A stretch of DNA of 64,000 nt from Escherichia phage vB_EcoM_phAPEC6. The notes beneath the pieces were generated by a model that was not told the origin of the DNA, did not search any database, and worked only from the letters and a program-made list of their open reading frames with translations. Shown in pieces: positions 30,462 to 39,250 of the stretch. The stretch lies in the sequence record MK817115.1. One strand, 5' to 3'. Made by a program: the position numbers and the translations under genes. The first letter of the stretch is position 1; each line of letters opens with the position of its first letter.

Positions 30462-30673
30462 AACTTTTCCTGTATAAGCTTCTTAAGTATTTCTATGTGT
30501 GAATTAACAGTTCTTTCTTGATGCTGTGTTCCTAAGAGTGTCAGTACTATCATCTCTGAACGCAAAAGATTTTTTTCAAGTTCACTTATATCAGTTCTTG
30601 AATCAAGTGCCATATATTTGTGATTATTCTTCCTGAATAGTGCCAAGTACTCTTGATTTGATATTTCCTTCAT
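30458..30673 (-). CDS. FamB small protein
   Basis: motif LLGTQHQERTV. Confidence 0.6.
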   Translation of the reverse strand: MKEISNQEYLALFRKNNHKYMALDSRTDISELEKNLLRSEMIVLTLLGTQHQERTVNSHIEILKKLIQEKL

Positions 30674-30900
30674 AGTTTATTCCTGATGCCATTTAAAAGT
30701 GCTCTAATATGCTCATTGACAAATCGCTCTTGGGAATCTGTTCCTAGAGTGAGTAGCAATCTTAAATCTGAACTTTTGATGTGATATTCTAAATCATTCT
30801 TTGATTCTTGCATCAGTTTCTTAAAGGATGAGAAGTTTGCAGCCATTAGTTCAATGTATTCTGCTGTTCCTAGGGGTTTGTGTGTGTGCTGTCTGTGCAT
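30670..30900 (-). CDS. FamB small protein
   Basis: motif TLGTDSQERFV. Confidence 0.6.
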   Translation of the reverse strand: MHRQHTHKPLGTAEYIELMAANFSSFKKLMQESKNDLEYHIKSSDLRLLLTLGTDSQERFVNEHIRALLNGIRNKL

Positions 30901-31112
30901 TTTAATTGTATTACCCTTTTGAGTGTATTAATGTAATTATACACATTGGCTTCTTGATAGTTTGTTCCTAGAGTAGCTTGAACGTAGATTTCATTTAACT
31001 TAATAATTTTATCAGAATCTGGAAGTTTTGATGTGTTAATGGCAAATAACTTCGAAAACAGTCCATTTATGATTGTTAGGTATTCTACTTCGGTAATGAT
31101 TCGCATTTGCAT
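30870..31112 (-). CDS. FamB small protein
   Basis: motif TLGTNYQEANV. Confidence 0.6.
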   Translation of the reverse strand: MQMRIITEVEYLTIINGLFSKLFAINTSKLPDSDKIIKLNEIYVQATLGTNYQEANVYNYINTLKRVIQLKCTDSTHTNP

Positions 31113-31324
31113 TGGATAAACCTTTTTAGTTCATTGATGTAATCATTAATATTGCATTCTTGATAGTTAGTCCCTAGTGTAGCTTGAACATAGATTTCAC
31201 TTACTAGAATACTTATTTCATCATCTGGTAATTTCATGCTTTTTGTTATAAACAGCTTTAGAATTAAACTACTTAATAGTTGGTTGTATTCTGTGGGTGA
31301 AATGATTTTCATTTGCATTTGCAT
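31085..31324 (-). CDS. FamB small protein
   Basis: motif TLGTNYQECNI. Confidence 0.6.
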   Translation of the reverse strand: MQMQMKIISPTEYNQLLSSLILKLFITKSMKLPDDEISILVSEIYVQATLGTNYQECNINDYINELKRFIQCKCESLPK

Positions 31325-31530
31325 TTTCTCAGTACTGATTCTTTAAGTTCATTAATGTAGCACTCTACATATTCTTCTTGTAGGTTTGTTCCGATATGTA
31401 ACAGTACTCTTAAATCTGCTCTCAGTACTTCTTTATCATCTTCATCTATATCAGACAGTGTTATGTTTAAGAATTTACTTGAACTCTCTATAAGTAATAT
31501 TACTGAATCACCTTTGCTTAAAATTTTCAT
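31309..31530 (-). CDS. FamB small protein
   Basis: motif HIGTNLQEEYV. Confidence 0.6.
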   Translation of the reverse strand: MKILSKGDSVILLIESSSKFLNITLSDIDEDDKEVLRADLRVLLHIGTNLQEEYVECYINELKESVLRKCKCK

Positions 31531-31738
31531 AATCTCTTTTTGCTTTCCTCGCCAAAAGGTACATATACGATTCTTCGTATTGTGCTTGGTAGTTTGTGTT
31601 TAAGAGTCGAAACAACTTCTGTTCTGCTAGAACGAGTTGCTTATCTTCATAACAACGATAGCGTATCAACTTTTTGTATTCGATGTTGATTACATCCATT
31701 ACTATAAGCCCATGTTCATCATCTGTCAAGTGTTTCAT
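31508..31738 (-). CDS. FamB small protein
   Basis: motif LLNTNYQAQYE. Confidence 0.55.
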   Translation of the reverse strand: MKHLTDDEHGLIVMDVINIEYKKLIRYRCYEDKQLVLAEQKLFRLLNTNYQAQYEESYMYLLARKAKRDYENFKQR

Positions 31739-31977
31739 GCATTTTTTCTTTTTCTTATATGTTTAGTTAAAAGGTATATTAGTTTTCTATTGTATTCTTC
31801 CTGATAGTTTGTTCCTAATAGTGCAAGAAGTTTTGCTTCAACTAAAGCTAATTGACGTTCTTCAAATGTGTGTTCCAGTATGTACTTGGGGTTTGATTTT
31901 TTAGCGTAAGCACTATTAGTCTTCATTACAATCTTATGATATTCATTAGCAGTTAGGATTTTTAAATACTTGATCAT
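31735..31977 (-). CDS. FamB small protein
   Basis: motif LLGTNYQEEYN. Confidence 0.6.
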   Translation of the reverse strand: MIKYLKILTANEYHKIVMKTNSAYAKKSNPKYILEHTFEERQLALVEAKLLALLGTNYQEEYNRKLIYLLTKHIRKRKNA

Positions 31978-32197
31978 GTATCTTTTCCTTTATAGAGAAT
32001 TTAAGATATCGAAGCATACTTTCAATGTAATACTCTTGTCTGTCAGTGCCAAGAAAGTACATGAGTTGAATGTATAAAACTTCTGCACTCCTTTCCGCTG
32101 GAGACTTGTTTGTGTCGTTTGGAAGTTGATTTGTATGTTTTCTTGATTTAATTAGTCGTTCTTTTAACTCATCGTCTGTTAAGTATTTCATTTGCAT
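31946..32197 (-). CDS. FamB small protein
   Basis: motif FLGTDRQEYYI. Confidence 0.6.
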   Translation of the reverse strand: MQMKYLTDDELKERLIKSRKHTNQLPNDTNKSPAERSAEVLYIQLMYFLGTDRQEYYIESMLRYLKFSIKEKIHDQVFKNPNC

Positions 32198-32423
32198 TTA
32201 CTTTTTCCTTAATAGTGATTTTAAGATATCTAATCATACGTGCAACATATTCCTCTTGTCTATCAGTTCCCAGAAGATATGGTAGTGATTGGAATAATAC
32301 TTCTGCACTCCTTTCTGCTGGGGTTTGGTTTAGGTCAATTGGACGTTTATTGGTATATCTCTTGGCACGAACTAATCTCTCGACGTATTCATTATAGGTT
32401 AAGTATATCATTTCATTTTGCAT
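32169..32423 (-). CDS. FamB small protein
   Basis: motif LLGTDRQEEYV. Confidence 0.6.
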   Translation of the reverse strand: MQNEMIYLTYNEYVERLVRAKRYTNKRPIDLNQTPAERSAEVLFQSLPYLLGTDRQEEYVARMIRYLKITIKEKVNANEILNRR

Positions 32424-32643
32424 TTACTTTTTCCTTAATACTCATTATAAGATGTTCAATCATATTTTGAACCATAAATTCTTGTTTATCAGTTCCAAGA
32501 ACGTATGGTAGCTTCTGAAACAATACATTTGCAGATACTTCAGATATTGATTGATTTGGACCGAACTTAAGAGTAATGTTTTTGGTTTTTAACATCTTCT
32601 CTTGAAATTCTTCATTCGTTAAGTATATCATTTCATTTTGCAT
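32413..32643 (-). CDS. FamB small protein
   Basis: motif VLGTDKQEFMV. Confidence 0.6.
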   Translation of the reverse strand: MQNEMIYLTNEEFQEKMLKTKNITLKFGPNQSISEVSANVLFQKLPYVLGTDKQEFMVQNMIEHLIMSIKEKVNAK

Positions 32644-32859
32644 TTACATTCTCTCATATATATTTTGGGTTAAAAGGTCAATCCAGATTTCCACATATCG
32701 TTGTTGGTGTTGCGTCCCTAACAGTACACCCAACTTAGCTTCACACTCTAATAACAATCTGGTTTTGTATGGTAGACTTTGGAATCCTATAGTAGCATCT
32801 AATTTGGTAATTGCATAGTTGATTCGGATGAATCTTTCTTGCAATGTGATGTTGATCAT
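32644..32859 (-). CDS. FamB small protein
   Basis: motif LLGTQHQQRYV. Confidence 0.6.
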   Translation of the reverse strand: MINITLQERFIRINYAITKLDATIGFQSLPYKTRLLLECEAKLGVLLGTQHQQRYVEIWIDLLTQNIYERM

Positions 32860-33119
32860 TTCTTAGTACACCTCAGTGGTTGGGTCATTTGATGAAAGTA
32901 CAGCTTACCTCTGATTTCCAGTAGCAACTCCGCGATTAAGCGATTTACTTCTGTATCTTGATAGTTTGTTCCTAAGAATACACCCATCTTTAACTCACGC
33001 ATCATAATCATTTTCTTACTGTGTTGAATTTCTGGGTTGTGATAGATTGTATTACGTTTGTGCGTAATTTTTGTCATACGCTCGGTATATTCATCTTTAC
33101 TTAAATTGATCATTTGCAT
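32856..33119 (-). CDS. FamB small protein
   Basis: motif FLGTNYQDTEV; start at Met10 (MQMINLSKDEY) behind GAGG RBS, track ORF to 33146. Confidence 0.55.
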   Translation of the reverse strand: MQMINLSKDEYTERMTKITHKRNTIYHNPEIQHSKKMIMMRELKMGVFLGTNYQDTEVNRLIAELLLEIRGKLYFHQMTQPLRCTKK

Positions 33120-33148
33120 GTTCATCAACCTCACATTTATTTTCAATA

Positions 33149-33388
33149 CTATTCTTTAGTTTGTAGATATAGTTTTCTTCCAATATATCTCTTAAGTGCG
33201 ATTATGTATTCATCTACATAATACTCCTGATAGTTTGTTCCTATGAATGCACCCACCTTTAACTCAAGTTTCATAATCATCTTATTTCCGTGTTTAATGA
33301 CTTCTCCGTGATGGATTTCATTAAGTCCAGGTGCAATTTTTACCAGGCGTTCTTTATATTTTGCTTGAGATAATTTAATCATTTTCAT
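33149..33388 (-). CDS. FamB small protein
   Basis: motif FIGTNYQEYYV; start at Met10 (MKMIKLSQ) behind AAGGG RBS, track ORF to 33415. Confidence 0.55.
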   Translation of the reverse strand: MKMIKLSQAKYKERLVKIAPGLNEIHHGEVIKHGNKMIMKLELKVGAFIGTNYQEYYVDEYIIALKRYIGRKLYLQTKE

Positions 33389-33389
33389 G

Positions 33390-33620
33390 TTAATTACCCT
33401 TACATTTATTTTCAATACTATTCATGAGTTCTATAAGATAGTTTTCTACCTTACCTTCCTGATAGTTAGTCCCTAGGAAGTTGCACAACACGGCTTCTAT
33501 GATTTTGATTTTCCTGATATCAGGCTTCAATCTTTTGTTATTGAATATTTGAATCCTTATATCTCTGGATGCATTTAAACGTTTTTGATATTCATGGTAA
33601 GTTAAATTAATCATTTTCAT
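33390..33620 (-). CDS. FamB small protein
   Basis: motif FLGTNYQEGKV. Confidence 0.6.
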   Translation of the reverse strand: MKMINLTYHEYQKRLNASRDIRIQIFNNKRLKPDIRKIKIIEAVLCNFLGTNYQEGKVENYLIELMNSIENKCKGN

Positions 33621-33835
33621 TTACGTTTAACCTCTCGCTGGAGGGCATCAATTAACATCAGTACAGCATTCTCTTGATAGTTTGTTCCTAAGACTGAAAG
33701 CATCTTTATCTCATTTACTAAAATCAACTTCTTTGAGGGTTCAATAATGTGACTATCATAAACGGCCTTACGTGCTGGATAAGTTTTCGCCAGTATAACA
33801 TAAAATTCGTCTTTACTTAAATTAATCATTTGCAT
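33617..33835 (-). CDS. FamB small protein
   Basis: motif VLGTNYQENAV; AAGAGG RBS 9 nt upstream of ATG. Confidence 0.6.
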   Translation of the reverse strand: MQMINLSKDEFYVILAKTYPARKAVYDSHIIEPSKKLILVNEIKMLSVLGTNYQENAVLMLIDALQREVKRK

Positions 33836-34044
33836 TTACTTTTAACCTCTTTCTGTAGAGCGTCAATCCATAGATCCACATACATTTGTTGATAGTTTGT
33901 GCCTAAGAGTGCACCTACATAGAGTTCAGTTACTAGTGCGTGCTTAAGGTTAGCTTGGATGCTCTTATCGCTTGATAAGATTTTCCTTCTGCTGGTGCAT
34001 GTTTTCAGGAGTCTGATGTATTCAAAGCCTTGTAAATTTCTCAT
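33826..34044 (-). CDS. FamB small protein
   Basis: motif LLGTNYQQMYV. Confidence 0.6.
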   Translation of the reverse strand: MRNLQGFEYIRLLKTCTSRRKILSSDKSIQANLKHALVTELYVGALLGTNYQQMYVDLWIDALQKEVKSKCK

Positions 34045-34256
34045 ATTTTGGATACCACCTTGTTACGTAAGGCACTTAACAATACGTCAGTGTAGATGTT
34101 TTGATAGTTTGTCCCTACGAAAGCACCCAACTTCATTTCAGCTATTATAACACATTTGTCCTCTTGTGCAATAGATTTGTTTAACACAATACTATACACT
34201 TTTGATTTGATAGTTTGTAACCTCCAATGATACTGAAACTCATTTAGTGTTATCAT
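34041..34256 (-). CDS. FamB small protein
   Basis: motif FVGTNYQNIYT. Confidence 0.6.
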   Translation of the reverse strand: MITLNEFQYHWRLQTIKSKVYSIVLNKSIAQEDKCVIIAEMKLGAFVGTNYQNIYTDVLLSALRNKVVSKI

Positions 34257-34491
34257 TCTCTCGTCTCCATATCTCGGTTCTAATGTGTTGACATTGTGCT
34301 TCGATGAACATATCTATTGATTTGGCAATTGCTTTTTTATCAGTGCCTGTCATCAGTACAAGCATCTCTGCCTCACTATGAATTAAACGCATGATATCAT
34401 AGGGTAATATTTCAGATACAGTGTCATAGTGTTTCTGTGCCAGTGTCTGTAATAGTTTACAATACATTTTGTGATTTAGTCTGTGTCGCAT
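34240..34491 (-). CDS. FamB small protein (divergent)
   Basis: motif variant LMTGTDKKAIA. Confidence 0.5.
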   Translation of the reverse strand: MRHRLNHKMYCKLLQTLAQKHYDTVSEILPYDIMRLIHSEAEMLVLMTGTDKKAIAKSIDMFIEAQCQHIRTEIWRRENDNTK

Positions 34492-34748
34492 TGTTTATTC
34501 CATTCTCTTCTGGCTTGACGGGTTTTATCTGATATTTCGTTTCTCAATGCAGCGATATATCGTAGAGTGAACAGTTCTTGATAGTTAGTCCCTATGAATT
34601 TATTAAGATATACATCAGCGTTGACGATATCAGCTTCACGGGAATTATAAAGTTTATTGTTCGTGCGGAGGGTGTTTAGAAGAGAGAAGAGGGCAGTCTG
34701 ATACTCCACTCCTGATAAAATCTTCATGTTTTGTGAGCAAATAATCAT
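34476..34748 (-). CDS. FamB small protein
   Basis: motif FIGTNYQELFT; true start probably Met8 near 34727. Confidence 0.55.
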   Translation of the reverse strand: MIICSQNMKILSGVEYQTALFSLLNTLRTNNKLYNSREADIVNADVYLNKFIGTNYQELFTLRYIAALRNEISDKTRQARREWNKQCDTD

Positions 34749-34968
34749 CTAGTTTATCCTGTATAACATTCGTTAATTGTTCGATATATTCTGTGCAAAA
34801 CTTATCTTGATATTGAGTCCCCATAAAGTACAGCAACCATAGCTCATTAACTTTAGCTCGCATTTGGTTCCATGTAAGGCTGGGGTCACCGTAGACTATC
34901 CTTGTGATGGGGGTTAGTTTACGAATTATAGTTTCAAATTCATCATCAGTTAAGTGTTTCATTTGCAT
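34654..34968 (-). CDS. FamB small protein with 3' extension
   Basis: motif FMGTQYQDKFC; ORF continues ~30 codons past the usual family C-terminus and overlaps downstream gene out of frame. Confidence 0.5.
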   Translation of the reverse strand: MQMKHLTDDEFETIIRKLTPITRIVYGDPSLTWNQMRAKVNELWLLYFMGTQYQDKFCTEYIEQLTNVIQDKLDDYLLTKHEDFIRSGVSDCPLLSSKHPPHEQ

Positions 34969-35177
34969 TTGTCCCTTATTAAATCAGTGAGGGCAACTAT
35001 GTGTGCAACAACATACTCTTCCTGAAAGTTCGTCCCCAGTACAGCCATCATGCGTATATCGGTGGTGTTTATCCTGTGTTCCCTTACACATAAACCTTCT
35101 GTGTGAGGAAGTGTAAAATATTTGTTTATTGCAGCAACGATAATTTTATTCTTCTCGGAGTTACTTAAATGTTTCAT
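34959..35177 (-). CDS. FamB small protein
   Basis: motif VLGTNFQEEYV. Confidence 0.6.
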   Translation of the reverse strand: MKHLSNSEKNKIIVAAINKYFTLPHTEGLCVREHRINTTDIRMMAVLGTNFQEEYVVAHIVALTDLIRDKCK

Positions 35178-35386
35178 AGTTTACTCCTGATATAATTCTG
35201 AAGTGCAATTAAGTATTCCCCTACATAATACACCTGAAAGTCTGTATCAAGGAATGCACCCATAAGTAAATCTTTTTCTAATACCCTTGATAAGTTAAGG
35301 TCTGCATTTGAAAGGTATATAAGTAAGATTTCACCCTGTGCGGAATTGAAACGTTTCTTATATTCTTCTGGTGTTAAAAAAATCAT
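35174..35386 (-). CDS. FamB small protein
   Basis: motif FLDTDFQVYYV. Confidence 0.55.
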   Translation of the reverse strand: MIFLTPEEYKKRFNSAQGEILLIYLSNADLNLSRVLEKDLLMGAFLDTDFQVYYVGEYLIALQNYIRSKL

Positions 35387-35598
35387 AATTTGCTCCTGAT
35401 ATATTTCTCAAGAGATGACAAATACTTTTCCTCATAATACTTCTGATAGTCTGTTCCTAAGAATGCACCCAATAGTATATCATTTTCCAATACCTCGGCT
35501 AAGTTTAAATCAGAAGTCTCTTCGTATATTATGAGGATTTCAAGTTGTCTGGCAGCGATGCGTTCAGTATATTGATATGAGTTTTCTATAATAATCAT
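35383..35598 (-). CDS. FamB small protein
   Basis: motif FLGTDYQKYYE. Confidence 0.6.
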   Translation of the reverse strand: MIIIENSYQYTERIAARQLEILIIYEETSDLNLAEVLENDILLGAFLGTDYQKYYEEKYLSSLEKYIRSKL

Positions 35599-35804
35599 AA
35601 TTTACTCTTTATATCTTGAATTAAAAATCGAATCCATTCTTCAACATAATCTTCCTGATGGTTTGTGTTCAGTACAGCCAACATGCGGATCTCTGCTCTT
35701 GCAACTTCAATTTCAGTTTTAGGAAGGTCTTTGCTGATATCCACCATTAAGTCCATGTATTTCAAGATAAGACCGTATGATTGGGTTCGTGTTATAGTTT
35801 TCAT
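35595..35804 (-). CDS. FamB small protein
   Basis: motif VLNTNHQEDYV. Confidence 0.55.
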   Translation of the reverse strand: MKTITRTQSYGLILKYMDLMVDISKDLPKTEIEVARAEIRMLAVLNTNHQEDYVEEWIRFLIQDIKSKL

Positions 35805-36001
35805 TGTTTCCTCGTGGACAATATTTTATTTTTCAATGTATCCATATATTGAATCACCCATCTTTCCTGATAGTTAGTTCCCAAAGTAATCAAAAGGTAT
35901 AACTCCATTCGTTCTACGTGTGTGTCTGTATTATAAATCTTTGTGAAGTTTTTACGTAACAGTGATTGATATTCTTCTTTATTTAAAATACGCATTTTCA
36001 T
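35801..36001 (-). CDS. FamB small protein
   Basis: motif TLGTNYQERWV. Confidence 0.6.
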   Translation of the reverse strand: MKMRILNKEEYQSLLRKNFTKIYNTDTHVERMELYLLITLGTNYQERWVIQYMDTLKNKILSTRKQ

Positions 36002-36195
36002 AGTTTACTCGTTATATCTTCAATTAAATACCAAATCCAATCGTTGACATACCTTTCCTGAAAGTTAGTTCCAATGAATAGTGCCATAATTAATTCACGC
36101 TTATAGGCAATACCACGGTCATGGGACTTATACATTATCATAGCCATGTTATTGATAAGTCTTTCGTGGTGCTGTTCTTTAGTTAAAATACGCAT
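35998..36195 (-). CDS. FamB small protein (first gene of array)
   Basis: motif FIGTNFQERYV; start at Met11 behind AAGGGAG RBS (track ORF to 36225). Confidence 0.55.
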   Translation of the reverse strand: MRILTKEQHHERLINNMAMIMYKSHDRGIAYKRELIMALFIGTNFQERYVNDWIWYLIEDITSKL

Positions 36196-36225
36196 AGGGA
36201 CTCCCTTAAAATTATTATCGATCAT

Positions 36226-36444
36226 ATTTTATACGATTCATATAAAAAGTCAATAACATTTTATTCGTAATACCCCTTTATCGAAGTCGCTAAGGTTACC
36301 CGCCCTTTAGCCCCCTACGCATTTTGCCATAGTCCAATCCCTTTTATTTCAAAAAAGTCAAGGGATTACCTATGCATTTTTTTAACGCATAATTTTAAAA
36401 ACGCCTTGACTTTTTTCTGAATCAGTACTAGATCCCTTTACGCA
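36226..36444 (-). promoter_or_regulatory. intergenic control region upstream of FamB array
   Basis: noncoding ~220 bp with minus-strand TTGACT-16-TAAAAT promoter-like site and repeated AAAAAGTCAA, TACGCATT and CCCTTTA words. Confidence 0.4.
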
Positions 36445-36654
36445 TTAATCCTTCGTTACGCTAACGATTATCTGTGTATCCCCGTAGTCCTGCCATACTT
36501 CCACGCCATCGGTCGCCCTGGTTAGTCGTGCTGTCATCTGCTTAATGGTCTTAGGCTTTAGTGGAACCTGTTGCAGTACTGTACGCATAGCATCATTGAC
36601 GTTATCATGTACGCCTGCAATAGTACCTAGAACGCTGTATACTGTATAGAACAT
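36445..36654 (-). CDS. hypothetical protein
   Basis: ORF-track ORF; AGGAG RBS; hairpin AGGCCGC/GCGGCCT immediately upstream. Confidence 0.5.
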   Translation of the reverse strand: MFYTVYSVLGTIAGVHDNVNDAMRTVLQQVPLKPKTIKQMTARLTRATDGVEVWQDYGDTQIIVSVTKD

Positions 36655-36722
36655 ATGTATGTACTCCTGATATAGTTAAGGCCGCTACAAGGCGGCCTAT
36701 GATGTTTGGTGATGTGTAACGC

Positions 36723-37124
36723 TTACAGTCCTAAGATAGTGCGTGCTTCGTTACGTTCCGTACACAGCTGCATGATGTGAGCAAGTAAGTCCTTGCTAAT
36801 GTATCCGTTGTCCATAGCTTCACGGATAGATACATCATAAGCACCGAACCCCGTGCGAACGATACGCACATCATTCAGGTTAGTATTATAGATACCGCCG
36901 AGATCAACGGCTTCGAATACTACATCAACAGAATATTCATTGTTGCCATCGTGGAAGTTTTCCAGTGCAATAGTATTGGATACCGCCCAACGTTTGCAGT
37001 TTCCAATGATGCGGCACTGTTCCGGTTGGATAGTGCCATTACTTACAGCGTACTCCAGTGCATCTTTACCGAAAGTCCGAGCCAGTACTAAAACGTCAGC
37101 GAAGGAATTGATTGAGAAGGTCAT
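36723..37124 (-). CDS. hypothetical protein
   Basis: start at Met12 behind AAGGAG RBS; track ORF to 37157 reads into 5' hairpin of cassette. Confidence 0.55.
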   Translation of the reverse strand: MTFSINSFADVLVLARTFGKDALEYAVSNGTIQPEQCRIIGNCKRWAVSNTIALENFHDGNNEYSVDVVFEAVDLGGIYNTNLNDVRIVRTGFGAYDVSIREAMDNGYISKDLLAHIMQLCTERNEARTILGL

Positions 37125-37213
37125 GATAAAACTCCTTAATTTAGGAGGGAGAACCATTTCCCCCTCTCTATGTAAAACATTATACTTGATTCTAAGTACT
37201 ATGCAAGTACTTT
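37125..37213 (-). promoter_or_regulatory. promoter / 5' stem-loop / RBS cassette
   Basis: TTGCAT -35, TATAAT -10, GTTTTACAT, GGGGG..CCC hairpin, AAGGAG RBS (minus-strand reading). Confidence 0.6.
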
Positions 37214-37546
37214 TTACATTTTAATACCTGGATTCAGGTAGCGGTGAGATCCATATTCTGGATCGGTTTCGGTCCAGTACTGTAAATCTATAGTACCTTT
37301 AGCGTTAATCTTGTCTACCAGCTTATTCATCTTAGCGTATACTACATCAGCATCGATGCGTTTAAAGCCAGTAGCTTTAGTGAAGTAGTAGTGATTTGCT
37401 TCACTATCATTAAGGATATACCGAGCACCGTTTGCAGTCTGTGCGATAATGATTGAGTATTCTACTTCCCGATCCAGACCGTCGATGAATACAGATGAAA
37501 CATTGGTACGGATGAAAGCTTTAACGATAGCGATTGAAGTACTCAT
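37214..37546 (-). CDS. hypothetical protein
   Basis: ORF-track ORF; TTGACA-17-AATAAT promoter and AGGAGA RBS upstream. Confidence 0.55.
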   Translation of the reverse strand: MSTSIAIVKAFIRTNVSSVFIDGLDREVEYSIIIAQTANGARYILNDSEANHYYFTKATGFKRIDADVVYAKMNKLVDKINAKGTIDLQYWTETDPEYGSHRYLNPGIKM

Positions 37547-37649
37547 TTTGAATCTCCTAACTTTGTGGGCCGTCGCACCATTGCCGCCCTACGAGATACA
37601 TTATTGCAGTACTGATATACTTTGTCAATACTTTTTTATTAATAGTTTT

Positions 37650-37790
37650 AGTTCCACCAGCAGATAGTTACTCACCGTTATTAACTATATATTTTGGATA
37701 CACTCCTGCACCCAGTGGGCTAGTTTTTGTCTATGCGTATATAATAGCAAAGGGACTGACCGGAGTCAATCCCTTTTTTATTCTTTTTTG
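37650..37790 (+). ncRNA. conserved intergenic element, candidate small RNA with bidirectional terminator (copy 1)
   Basis: GATACAC..GCACCCAGTGGGC core, TATAATAG box, GGGACTGACCGGAGTCAATCCC hairpin flanked by A-run and T-run. Confidence 0.3.
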
Positions 37791-37991
37791 TTAGATGATT
37801 CTCCAATCTTCTACGATCATGGTAAGATAACGGACCATCGATTCAAGTGATTCGAATTCCCGATAGTCTGCCGCTCCACCAGCGGTACAAGTACAGCCGA
37901 TTAAACCATTTTGCAATTCCTTAATCTGTACATCGATAAGGTTGGCTTTAGCTTCTTTCAGTACTTCAACCAGGGCGATAGCGATAGACAT
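37791..37991 (-). CDS. hypothetical protein
   Basis: ORF-track ORF; cassette upstream. Confidence 0.55.
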   Translation of the reverse strand: MSIAIALVEVLKEAKANLIDVQIKELQNGLIGCTCTAGGAADYREFESLESMVRYLTMIVEDWRII

Positions 37992-38081
37992 AATGTTTTA
38001 CTCCAAACTATTAGCGGGAGAACTATTCCCCCGCTCTATGTAAAACATTATACATTACTGGTTAGTACTGTCAAATAGTTT
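37992..38081 (-). promoter_or_regulatory. promoter / 5' stem-loop / RBS cassette
   Basis: GCGGGGGAATAGTTCTCCCGC hairpin between TATAAT and GGAG RBS. Confidence 0.6.
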
Positions 38082-38339
38082 TTATGAAATATCTTCGATG
38101 TAGTCGGCCCATTTCATTTTTTCAGTACTGTCAATGGCTACCGGATTATTTGGATCAAACCATTCACCATTACCGCAGTACATACCAACGGCTACGGTTT
38201 TATAGCCATCCTGGGCCGTACTCCACGACATTGCACGATAGATATGGCCTTTAACTGGTTGCAGTACTGGTAATGTTTTATGGTCTTCTACGTAGGCCAT
38301 AGCTTGAGGATTTACCCGATATTGTGTGAACTGTTCCAT
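38082..38339 (-). CDS. hypothetical protein
   Basis: ORF-track ORF; TTGACA-17 promoter-like site upstream. Confidence 0.5.
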   Translation of the reverse strand: MEQFTQYRVNPQAMAYVEDHKTLPVLQPVKGHIYRAMSWSTAQDGYKTVAVGMYCGNGEWFDPNNPVAIDSTEKMKWADYIEDIS

Positions 38340-38415
38340 TATGTTTCCCCTTGTAGTTAGTAAAGTTATTACATCAGTACTATCAAGCTATGTCAATAGT
38401 ACTGAAATAAAACTT

Positions 38416-38640
38416 TTAGATTAGATTATTGATGCCTGAAATGGTAGACTCACTTTCTTCTTTCTCCCATTGGCGGTAGTACTTCCACGCTTCATGATAG
38501 GTGGCGATCAGTTCATCTTTTTGATCCTGAGTACATGCCAGTACTGAATCACTGTAAGCGGTGTTATAGATAGAATCGAATGATTTCTTCTCTTCTGCCA
38601 GGTTAGCTACTTCCCGCATCAGTTCATCAAAGTTAGCCAT
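38416..38640 (-). CDS. hypothetical protein
   Basis: start at Met16 (MANFDELM) after cassette; track ORF to 38685. Confidence 0.55.
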   Translation of the reverse strand: MANFDELMREVANLAEEKKSFDSIYNTAYSDSVLACTQDQKDELIATYHEAWKYYRQWEKEESESTISGINNLI

Positions 38641-38708
38641 TTTAGTACTCCTTATTAGTGGGGGAGGATATCTCCCCCTATGCAAAACATTATACTTTGT
38701 TTTAGTTA

Positions 38709-38972
38709 TTATGCAAGTACTTTTTTCATATAAACATTAAATTCTACACCGCCGTAACCTTCTACGATGATATGTTTTGCGTTATCACGTTTGCACATAG
38801 TGAAACCGTTGTTGATGTGTTCTGCATTTTCCAGGGCGACATCACCGATAGCGGCACATACGGCACTAATAACAGTATTCCGCAAAGTACTGGTATCATT
38901 AGCGGTCATAGTAGTTTGCAGTACTACGTTGTCGTATACGTGTGCATTGATAGTGATTTCGATAGTGTTCAT
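38709..38972 (-). CDS. hypothetical protein
   Basis: ORF-track ORF; cassette with AGGAGA RBS upstream. Confidence 0.55.
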   Translation of the reverse strand: MNTIEITINAHVYDNVVLQTTMTANDTSTLRNTVISAVCAAIGDVALENAEHINNGFTMCKRDNAKHIIVEGYGGVEFNVYMKKVLA

Positions 38973-39058
38973 GGTGTATCTCCTGCACAGTCGGGAGAAC
39001 TATTCCCCCGCTCTATGTAAAACATTATACGTTAATCTAACTACAATGCAAGTACTTT
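38973..39058 (-). promoter_or_regulatory. promoter / 5' stem-loop / RBS cassette
   Basis: TTGCAT-16-TATAAT, then CGGGGGAATAGTTCTCCCG hairpin, AGGAGA RBS. Confidence 0.6.
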
Positions 39059-39250
39059 TTAAATTTTATTTCCGATATAGTCCGGTCTATTCTTTTCGGT
39101 CATACGCTTTGCTAATGTTTGCATATGGCTTATTGCGTTTAATGTGTCTTCCTCCAGGGATGAATCAACATAATCAGGATCATTCTTCACCTTGCAATGA
39201 TTATGATAGCGTAGTACTGCCAGTACTTTTTTAACTTCTTCTACTGTCAT
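39059..39250 (-). CDS. hypothetical protein
   Basis: ORF-track ORF; overlaps start of upstream gene (operon). Confidence 0.5.
   Translation of the reverse strand: MTVEEVKKVLAVLRYHNHCKVKNDPDYVDSSLEEDTLNAISHMQTLAKRMTEKNRPDYIGNKI

Noticed and set aside
29996-36225. CRISPR array or non-coding tandem repeat as explanation for the regular ~220-bp periodicity at 30-36 kb and ~190 bp at 56.6-60.8 kb
   Set aside because: Units are divergent in sequence, each has a start codon, RBS and open frame, and conservation is at protein-motif level; no identical direct repeats with unique spacers.
38973-39058. Reading the G-rich hairpin in each cassette as a rho-independent terminator
   Set aside because: On the coding strand it lies after the -10 box and before the RBS and is not followed by a U-run; genuine terminators in the window have T-runs.
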